Shown here one piece after another: positions 7,454-15,751 of a stretch of 15,751 nt of DNA. This stretch comes from Archangiaceae bacterium (GTDB lineage: Bacteria; Myxococcota; Myxococcia; Myxococcales; Myxococcaceae): the NCBI GenBank assembly GCA_043750125.1, contig JAYVCD010000126.1:1-15751 (forward strand). The letters run 5' to 3'. Under the pieces are notes generated by a model. That model had not been told where the DNA came from. It saw only the letters and a program-made list of their open reading frames with translations, and did not search any database. The position numbers and the translations under genes were made by a program. Numbering within the stretch: position 1 is the first letter of the stretch; every line of letters starts with the position of its first letter.

Positions 7454-7924
7454 TCAATAACTCACGGGCGCGCGGAAGACGAGTCGGTCTTGCACAAGCT
7501 GAATCATCCGATGGACCCCCTTCACTTTCGAGAAGTGGCGGTCTGGGGTGAAGGCGGCGCGGATCTTCAGCTCTTCGAGCAGCGCGAACGACGTGCAGTC
7601 GGTGAACGACAACCGGGGGGTGTCGGGCGCGAGGCGGCGAAAGCAACGCAGCGCCTGAGCCCGCCGCCCAGAATCAATCGACAGCAGCACCAGCTGACCG
7701 GCCGCCACTTCGGCTTCGAGATCGTCGAGAAACGCCATTGCGGGCCGGGCTCCGGCGGCCGCGTGAAGTCCGGTCAGTGCTTCATCGAGGACGTAATCCG
7801 AGGTGACCGCGATCCACCCGTTCTCCTCGATCCACTCGCTTGCCGCGACGGCCGCAGGGTGCCCCGCATCTTGTGGGTTCGCGAGCGCCACATACGCCCA
7901 GGTATCGAAGAAAACGGTGCTCAC
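7454..7924 (-). CDS. vapC: PIN-domain ribonuclease toxin (VapC family)
   Basis: VFFDTWA, VTSDYVLDE, LSFTDCTSF and FTPDRHF supply the four PIN acidic residues; the GTG start overlaps the upstream stop (GTGA). Confidence 0.88.
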   Translation of the reverse strand: MSTVFFDTWAYVALANPQDAGHPAAVAASEWIEENGWIAVTSDYVLDEALTGLHAAAGARPAMAFLDDLEAEVAAGQLVLLSIDSGRRAQALRCFRRLAPDTPRLSFTDCTSFALLEELKIRAAFTPDRHFSKVKGVHRMIQLVQDRLVFRAPVSY

Positions 7925-8238
7925 TTTCGCCGCCGCTTCGGCTTTGCCTTCGACGTTCCGTAATCAGGCGGTCGTTCAGCAACCCCGTACACCAGCGAAT
8001 CGATGCGGGCGCTCAAGTTCACCGGCCCATTGAAATACCCGGCTCGCATTCGGGCTCGGGCCGCGCCGGCACGAAGCTGCAGCTCTTCCCGATCGCCCAG
8101 GTTCTGATACCGCTCGAGCACCACCCGGGCCCCTTCGGTCAGCAAATCGCGCACCGACTTTCCGGCACGGGCGGCAGTGGTTTTCAGCGCTCTCAACAAC
8201 GCCGCATCGAGCTCGAAAGTGGTCTTGGTCTTCATCAC
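7921..8238 (-). CDS. Ribbon-helix-helix (CopG-like) antitoxin, VapB-type
   Basis: KTKTTFELDAALLRALKTTAARAGKSVRDLLTEGAR fits the RHH strand-helix-helix pattern; directly upstream of and overlapping the PIN gene. Start is GTG 8238 or ATG 8235. Confidence 0.8.
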   Translation of the reverse strand: MMKTKTTFELDAALLRALKTTAARAGKSVRDLLTEGARVVLERYQNLGDREELQLRAGAARARMRAGYFNGPVNLSARIDSLVYGVAERPPDYGTSKAKPKRRRK

Positions 8239-8240
8239 AT

Positions 8241-8279
8241 CTGTAACGGTACGCCAAGAACCATAAAGCTGTAAAGCTG
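8241..8279 (-). promoter_or_regulatory. Putative TA promoter/operator
   Basis: Minus strand: TTTACA (8275-8270), 18 nt, TACCGT (8251-8246), 7 nt, GTG. Tandem CAGCTTTA x2 (8264-8279) overlaps the -35, and TTACAG recurs at 8246-8241. Confidence 0.5.
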
Positions 8280-8281
8280 GC

Positions 8282-9039
8282 CTAGCGACCGAAAACGCCC
8301 TTGATCAGGTCCCAGTTGAGCTCGGCAATTACCTTCACCGGGATCTCCTTCGGGCAGACCGCTTCGCACTGGCGCAGCATCGTGCAGGTGCCGAACCCCT
8401 CGGCGTCCATCTGCATCGTCATCTGCTGCGCCCGCTCGGCCCGCTCGATCTGACCCTGGGGCAGGTGACGCAGGTGAGACGCCTTCGCCGCCACGAACAA
8501 CATCGCCGAGCCGTTCTTGCAGGCCGCCACGCACGCCCCACACGCGATGCAGGCCGCGGCATCCATCGCCTGCTCGGCATGAACTTTCGAAATCGGCAGG
8601 GTGTTCGCGTCCGGAGCCCCCCCGGTATTCACCGAGACGTAACCGCCGGCCTCGATGATTCGGTCGAACGACGATCGATCGACCACCAGGTCCTTCACCA
8701 CCGGAAACGCCTTGGCCCGCCACGGCTCGATCGAAATCTCATCGCCGTCGTGGAAGTTCCTCATGTGCAGCTGACAGACGGTGACGCCCTGCTGGCCGCC
8801 GTGAGGGTGGCCGTTGATCACCATGCTGCACGAGCCGCAGATTCCCTCGCGGCAGTCGTGGTCGAACGCAATCGGCTCTTCGCCCTTCGTCATCAGCTCT
8901 TCGTTCACCACGTCGAGCATCTCGAGAAAGGACATGTGCGGGCTCACGTTCGTGGCCTCGTAGTCCTTCATCGCGCCCGGCTTGCCCGGACCCGCTTGCC
9001 TCCACACATGCAGCTTCAAGCGCATCGTCGTGGGGTCGT

Positions 9040-9043
<4 letters not shown>
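8282..9043 (-). CDS. sdhB: Succinate dehydrogenase/fumarate reductase iron-sulfur subunit
   Basis: [12 protein letters not shown]...C ([2Fe-2S]), [11 protein letters not shown] and [12 protein letters not shown] cluster motifs; GTGA overlap with the sdhA stop. Confidence 0.96.
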
Positions 9044-10949
<1,906 letters not shown>

Positions 10950-10953
<4 letters not shown>

Positions 10954-11678
10954 GGCGCCCTCATCAAGCCGAACAACACGCCGAACGGCACGCTGATGAA
11001 GGCCAGGCAGATGACGTACGCGACGACTCGGCTTGTTCTCCGAATGAAGGGAGACCACGACGCGCCCCACGCCCCCAGATGCAGGAACAGGCTCGAGAGG
11101 CCGTGCGCCAGGTGCTCTGCCAGCAGCAGCTGCGCGAGCACGTAGATCGCGACAATCCCCGGAACCGAGAACGATCGGTAGACCATCGCGTAGACATCGA
11201 ACGAGCCGTTGGCCAGCCGGCTCACGTGGTTCGGGTTCGTCAAGTGCAGGGTGAAGTGGGCCAGGTGGTAGAGGACGAACGCCCCCACCATCAATCCCGA
11301 GATCGCCATCGTGCGACTGCCCAGGCTCGCCGGGGTCTTGATCTGGTGCGCGTACGCCACCGGTCGCGCCTTCAGGTTCATCCGGGTCGACCGCAGCGCC
11401 GCCCAGATGTGAATCGGAAAGCCGAGCAGCAGCGCACTGCGCACCGCCCACACCAGCGGAGGGTTCGAGGCCAGCGCCGCCGCATACCCATTCATCGCAT
11501 CCGGCCCGCCCCACATCGCCAGGTTCCCAATCAAGTGGGCGACGACGAAGCCCCACAGCCCCAGCCCGGTCAGAGCCATCACCACCTTCGACCCCACGGA
11601 CCCCATCGCGAACCGAATGACCCCTGCGAGCAGGGGCTGAGGATGCGACTTGAGGTGTGTGTCCAGCGCGTCGGCCAT
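10950..11678 (-). CDS. sdhC: Succinate dehydrogenase cytochrome b subunit (single membrane anchor, b558 family)
   Basis: About five hydrophobic segments; [25 protein letters not shown] and EHLAHG haem-ligand histidines; GAGGGAG SD upstream; first gene before sdhAB. Confidence 0.92.
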
Positions 11679-11857
11679 GTTGACTCCCTCTTCAGTGCGT
11701 ATCGCGACCCCGCTGCCGGAACCACGACTTGTTCGCCGCCCCGCCCCGAGACTGAAAGGAAAACACCTTCGACCCAGCAGCAGGAGTTTTACGCTGGACC
11801 CGCTGGATCAAATCATGGCGCGACAACGCGGGGTCCTTTGGTAAAAGCCGCTCGCAC
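11679..11857. promoter_or_regulatory. Divergent intergenic/promoter region between sdhCAB and sucC-X-sucD-ndk
   Basis: 179-bp non-coding gap between divergent starts. An extended -10-like TGGTAAAAG lies 10 nt before the sucC ATG, which has no clear SD. Exact promoters are not resolved. Confidence 0.5.
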
Positions 11858-13018
11858 ATGAAAATCCACGAGTACCAGGGCAAGCAGCTCTTCAAGAAAT
11901 ACGGCGTTCCAGTTCCCCGCGGCATCGTGGTGAAGACGATCGAGGAAGCCGAGAAGGCAGCCGTCGAGCTCGGGACGAAGATTGTCGTCGTCAAGGCCCA
12001 GGTTCACGCAGGCGGTCGCGGCAAGGCGGGCGGGGTGAAGGTCGTCAAAAGCCCCGCGGAAGCCAAAGAGGCCGCCTCGAAGATCCTCGGAATGATGCTC
12101 AAGTCTCCCCAGACCGGGCCCGAGGGCCAGAAGGTTCGCACCCTTTACATCGAGGAAGGCCTCGACATCGGCCGCGAGCTCTACCTCGGCCTCACCCTCG
12201 ACCGCGCCACCTCGCGCCTGACTTTCATGGCCTCGACCGAAGGCGGAATCGAAATCGAAGAAGTCGCCGAGAAGCATCCGGAAAAAATCCTTCGCGAGAC
12301 GATCGACCCCGCGGTCGGGTTCCTCGATTTCCAGGGCCGCAAGATGGCCTTCGGGCTGGGCCTCGCTGGCGACAGCGTTGGAAAGTTCACCAAGTTCTGC
12401 CGCGCCCTGTACCAGGTGTACATCGACACCGACGCCTCGATGGTCGAGATCAACCCGCTGGTGGTCTTGAAGGACGGCGGCGTCGTCGCGCTCGATTCGA
12501 AGATGAGCTTCGACGAAAACGCCCTCTACAAGCACCCCGAGATCGTCGCGATGCGCGACATCGACGAGGAAGATCCGCGCGAGGCCAAAGCCAAGGAATA
12601 CGACCTCGCGTACATCGCGCTCGAGGGAAACATCGGCTGCATGGTGAACGGCGCCGGCCTCGCGATGGCGACGATGGACACCATCAAGCTGGTCGGTGGA
12701 AAGCCGGCCAACTTCCTCGACGTGGGCGGCGGGGCGACCAAGGAAAAAGTCACCCACGCCTTCAAGCTGATCCTCGCCGACCCTGCGGTGAAGGCGGTGC
12801 TGGTGAACATCTTTGGCGGAATCATGAAGTGCGACGTGATCGCCGAAGGAATCATCGCCGCAGCCAAGGAAGTTCACCTCACCATTCCCCTGGTGGTGCG
12901 GCTCGAAGGGACCAACGTCGAGAAAGGCAAAGAGCTGTTGCGCACTTCCGGGCTCGCCATCACCTCGGCCGACAACCTGCGCGAAGCGGCGGAAAAAGCC
13001 GTCGCGGCGATCAAGTGA
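11858..13018 (+). CDS. sucC: Succinyl-CoA ligase beta subunit
   Basis: [77 protein letters not shown]. Confidence 0.98.
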   Translation: MKIHEYQGKQLFKKYGVPVPRGIVVKTIEEAEKAAVELGTKIVVVKAQVHAGGRGKAGGVKVVKSPAEAKEAASKILGMMLKSPQTGPEGQKVRTLYIEEGLDIGRELYLGLTLDRATSRLTFMASTEGGIEIEEVAEKHPEKILRETIDPAVGFLDFQGRKMAFGLGLAGDSVGKFTKFCRALYQVYIDTDASMVEINPLVVLKDGGVVALDSKMSFDENALYKHPEIVAMRDIDEEDPREAKAKEYDLAYIALEGNIGCMVNGAGLAMATMDTIKLVGGKPANFLDVGGGATKEKVTHAFKLILADPAVKAVLVNIFGGIMKCDVIAEGIIAAAKEVHLTIPLVVRLEGTNVEKGKELLRTSGLAITSADNLREAAEKAVAAIK

Positions 13019-13019
13019 A

Positions 13020-13574
13020 ATGCAGCTCACCCGGGTGCCGCATCGGCTGCTGGCCATGGCTTTGATCTCGGCCTGCGGCAGCCCTCCGCCCCAGGCGAAG
13101 AGCCAGGTCGCGGTGACCTTTCGCGCCTCGTTTCAGGCCGAGCCGGGCGTCACTGCGGCCGTCCTCGTGCCGTGGCCGATCGATGGAACCGAGTCTGAGA
13201 TCTTGAAGAACCTCGAGCTCAGCGACGGGGGCTCGGTGCGCCTGGCGACGATCTTTGAAGGCACGGGGCTGTCGGTCGAAGGTCACGGCAGCGCCTCGGC
13301 CCGCTACAGCGCTCAGAGTCTGGAAGCCCTGGGTACCGGCGATGGAATCCCGGCCGCAGCGATGACGCTACAGGTGACCGACGCCGGCCTGGGCGACCGC
13401 TACTTCAAGGTGAACAAGGGCGGCTCGAGCACGATGAAGGTCGATTTCGAATACACGGTCTCGCGCGACTGCGGCCGGGGTTGCGGTGGCAAGCGGTCGT
13501 GGACGTACTCAGGGCCGATTGGACTTTCGGTGCAAGAAGTAGCGACGACTTTCACGGAGCAGAAGACACCATGA
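13020..13574 (+). CDS. Hypothetical lipoprotein (184 aa)
   Basis: Fills the sucC-sucD gap exactly (TGA-A-ATG at the 5' end, ATGA overlap at the 3' end). Signal peptide [19 protein letters not shown] with lipobox ISAC (Cys19), followed by a Pro-rich tether and a beta-rich-looking mature part with a CGRGC motif. Confidence 0.8.
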   Translation: MQLTRVPHRLLAMALISACGSPPPQAKSQVAVTFRASFQAEPGVTAAVLVPWPIDGTESEILKNLELSDGGSVRLATIFEGTGLSVEGHGSASARYSAQSLEALGTGDGIPAAAMTLQVTDAGLGDRYFKVNKGGSSTMKVDFEYTVSRDCGRGCGGKRSWTYSGPIGLSVQEVATTFTEQKTP

Positions 13575-14467
13575 GCATTCTTGTCGGGCAGGACACCAAG
13601 CTCCTCGTTCAGGGCATCACCGGTTCATTCGGTTCGTTCCACGCCAAGCAGATGATGGAATACGGCACCCGCGTCGTCGCCGGCGTCGTCCCGGGCAAGG
13701 GGGGACAGAAGTTCGAGGGGACGGTTCCGCTCTTCGACACCGTCGACCAGGCGGTGCGCGCCACCGGCGCCAACGCGAGCGTGATCTTCGTTCCTCCTCC
13801 GTTTGCGGCCGACGCGATCATGGAAGCGGCCGACTGCAAGATTCCGCTGGTGATCGCGATCACCGAAGGCATTCCGGTCAACGACATGGTCCGCGCCAAG
13901 CGCTTCATTCTGGGCAGCGGCACCCGGTTGGTCGGCCCCAACTGTCCGGGGATCATCACTCCGGGCGGAAAGTGCCGAATCGGGATCATGCCCAGCCACA
14001 TTCACAAGCCCGGTCGCATCGGGGTCGTCTCGCGCTCGGGGACCTTGACCTATGAGGCCGTCTTTCAAATTACCCGCGCCGGCCTCGGGCAATCGACCGC
14101 CGTCGGCATCGGCGGCGACCCCGTCAACGGCACCAACTTCGTCGACGTGCTCAAGCTCTTCAATGCCGACCCCGACACCGACGCGGTGATCATGGTCGGC
14201 GAAATCGGGGGCAGCGCCGAGGAAGAAGCAGCCGCGTACATTGCCAAAGAGTTCACCAAGCCCGTCGCCGGCTTCATCGCCGGTCAGTCGGCGCCCCCCG
14301 GCAAACGCATGGGTCACGCCGGAGCGATCATCTCGGGCGGCAAGGGCACGGCCACCGAAAAGATCAAGGCGATGGAAGCCGCCGGAGTCGTCATGGCCGC
14401 CTCGCCCGCAGAGCTTGGCAGCACGTTGCAGGAAGCCGTTCGCCGCGGCGCACCGAAGCGCAAATAA
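13571..14467 (+). CDS. sucD: Succinyl-CoA ligase alpha subunit
   Basis: True start MSILVG at 13571; [56 protein letters not shown] (phospho-His). Confidence 0.97.
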   Translation: MSILVGQDTKLLVQGITGSFGSFHAKQMMEYGTRVVAGVVPGKGGQKFEGTVPLFDTVDQAVRATGANASVIFVPPPFAADAIMEAADCKIPLVIAITEGIPVNDMVRAKRFILGSGTRLVGPNCPGIITPGGKCRIGIMPSHIHKPGRIGVVSRSGTLTYEAVFQITRAGLGQSTAVGIGGDPVNGTNFVDVLKLFNADPDTDAVIMVGEIGGSAEEEAAAYIAKEFTKPVAGFIAGQSAPPGKRMGHAGAIISGGKGTATEKIKAMEAAGVVMAASPAELGSTLQEAVRRGAPKRK

Positions 14468-14495
14468 CCCTTCACCCCTCAAGGACACACACCCC

Positions 14496-14933
14496 ATGGC
14501 CACCGAGAAAACGCTTTCCATCATCAAGCCCGACGGACTGCAGAGCGGAGTCATCGGCAAGATCATCAGCCGGTTCGAAGACAAGGGCCTCAAGCCGGTC
14601 GCGATCCGGATGCAGCAGCTGTCGAAGGCCGACGCCGAGGGCTTCTACGCCGTCCACAAAGAGCGCCCCTTCTTCAAGGACCTCGTCGCGTTCATGATCT
14701 CCGGACCCGTGGTGTTGATGGTCCTCGAAGGTGACAACGCGATGCAGAAGAACCGTGACGCGATGGGCGCCACCGACCCGAAGAAGGCCGACAAGGGCAC
14801 CATTCGCGCCGACTTCGCCAAGAGCATCGACGCCAACACCGTTCACGGCTCGGACAGCGTCGAGAACGCGAAGAACGAAATCGCCTACTTCTTCCGCGGC
14901 ACCGAGCAGTCCGGTTACGAGTGGAAGCGCTGA
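14496..14933 (+). CDS. ndk: Nucleoside-diphosphate kinase (145 aa)
   Basis: True start [14 protein letters not shown] at 14496 (AAGGA SD upstream); [32 protein letters not shown] (catalytic His). Confidence 0.97.
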   Translation: MATEKTLSIIKPDGLQSGVIGKIISRFEDKGLKPVAIRMQQLSKADAEGFYAVHKERPFFKDLVAFMISGPVVLMVLEGDNAMQKNRDAMGATDPKKADKGTIRADFAKSIDANTVHGSDSVENAKNEIAYFFRGTEQSGYEWKR

Positions 14934-14947
14934 ACCCCGCATAACCG

Positions 14948-14985
14948 CCGAGGCGGACGATCCTTGACGAAAGGGTCCGTCTCGG
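14948..14985 (+). other. Intergenic stem-loop between ndk and rlmN
   Basis: CCGAGGCGGAC (14948-14958) pairs with GTCCGTCTCGG (14975-14985) with one G-U; 3-nt bulge GAT; CCTT/AAGG inner stem; loop GACGA; no U-tract. Confidence 0.65.
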
Positions 14986-15004
14986 GAGAGGGGTGTTCTC
15001 AGCC

Positions 15005-15751
15005 GTGACCACCCCCGTCGACATCGCCAGCCTCACGCTGGAAAAGCTTTCCGCCTTCGTCGAACAGACCCTGGGCGAGAAGTCCTACCGCGCGAAGCAG
15101 ATCTACAAATGGATTCACCAGCGGGGGGCCACCGACTTCGCGCAGATGACCGATCTGTCGAAGGCGCTGCGCGAGCGGCTGAGCGCCACCACCGAGCTTC
15201 GCCACGTGGTCAAAGACCTCGAGCAGCGCAGCGCCGACGGCACGATCAAGTACCGGTTCAAGACCCAGGACGGGAAGTTGATCGAGTCGGTCTACATGCC
15301 CTCGCCCGATCGCAAGACGCTGTGCGTCTCGACCCAGGTGGGCTGCGCAATGGGCTGCACCTTCTGCGCGACCGGGACGCTCGGGTTGTTGCGCAACCTC
15401 ACCGCTTCCGAAATCGTCGCCCAGGTTCACGCCGTCAACGCCGAAGTGCGCACCAACGAGGGCATCGCCTCGACCCTTCGCCCGCTGACCAACCTGGTCT
15501 TCATGGGCATGGGCGAGCCGCTGCACAACTTCGAGAACGTGAAGACCAGCCTTCAAATCCTGCAGAGCGAAGAAGGCCCCAACTTCTCTCAGCGCCACCT
15601 CACCGTCAGCACGGTCGGCCTGGTGCCGATGATCGAGCGCTTCGCACTGGAAACGCAGGCCAAGCTCGCCATCTCGCTCAACGCCAGCAACGACGAGACC
15701 CGCAGTCGGATCATGCCGATCAACAAGAAGTGGAACATCGCGGCGCTGATG
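15005..15751 (+). CDS. rlmN: Dual-specificity 23S rRNA (A2503)/tRNA (A37) C2-methyltransferase, radical SAM (partial, runs off the right edge)
   Basis: Not in the ORF track. Manual translation from GTG 15005 (alternative GTG 14993): MTTPVDIASLT...YRAKQIYKWIHQ...MTDLSKALRERL...DGTIKYRF...IESVYMP...TLCVSTQVGCAMGCTFCATG (CxxxCxxC)...NLVFMGMGEPLHN...TVSTVG...LAISLNA; follows ndk, a common gene order. Confidence 0.95.
   Translation, partial: MTTPVDIASLTLEKLSAFVEQTLGEKSYRAKQIYKWIHQRGATDFAQMTDLSKALRERLSATTELRHVVKDLEQRSADGTIKYRFKTQDGKLIESVYMPSPDRKTLCVSTQVGCAMGCTFCATGTLGLLRNLTASEIVAQVHAVNAEVRTNEGIASTLRPLTNLVFMGMGEPLHNFENVKTSLQILQSEEGPNFSQRHLTVSTVGLVPMIERFALETQAKLAISLNASNDETRSRIMPINKKWNIAALM

Noticed and set aside
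10954-11556. Apparent 200-aa N-terminal extension of SdhA (ORF 9040..11556)
   Set aside because: Overlaps sdhC in another frame; the real start at 10953 forms an ATGA overlap with the sdhC stop.
11806-11832. Possible sigma54 promoter (TGGCGCG...GC) or FNR box (ATCAA) in the sdh/suc intergenic region
   Set aside because: GG-GC spacing is 9 rather than 10 nt, and only an FNR half-site is present.
13481-13570. N-terminal extension of SucD in the ORF track
   Set aside because: Overlaps the lipoprotein gene; canonical MSILV start at 13571.
14241-14495. N-terminal extension of Ndk in the ORF track
   Set aside because: Overlaps sucD; canonical start with SD at 14496.
14948-14985. Intrinsic terminator, hammerhead ribozyme or -35 element (TTGACG) in the ndk-rlmN hairpin
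   Set aside because: No U-tract on either strand, no CUGANGA core with three stems, and no -10 hexamer at the right spacing.
14999-15598. 199-aa minus-strand ORF
   Set aside because: Antisense to rlmN, which carries the radical SAM motifs on the plus strand.

Overview
High-GC bacterial window, most likely Myxococcota, inferred from a RomR homologue and an NDK closely resembling Myxococcus NDK. Left block: a truncated response regulator (-), divergent from a + strand run of tandem-CheW protein, romR, valS and nadC. Middle block (-): sdhCAB (three-subunit type resembling Geobacter FrdCAB), an RHH-antitoxin/PIN-toxin pair and a PfkB-family nucleoside kinase. Right block (+): sucC, an unknown lipoprotein, sucD, ndk and a truncated rlmN. 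The most striking observation is ValRS, encoded directly after the polarity scaffold RomR. It carries a ~145-aa C-terminal appendage made of a TPR-like module and a histone-H1-like KKAAP tail. The module resembles, from my recall, the C-terminal region of SgmX-type MglA effectors and the FimV C-terminal domain. This suggests a possibly spatially targeted tRNA synthetase. An unknown lipoprotein gene wedged between sucC and sucD is the second main oddity. All homology calls come from motif recognition, not database searches.
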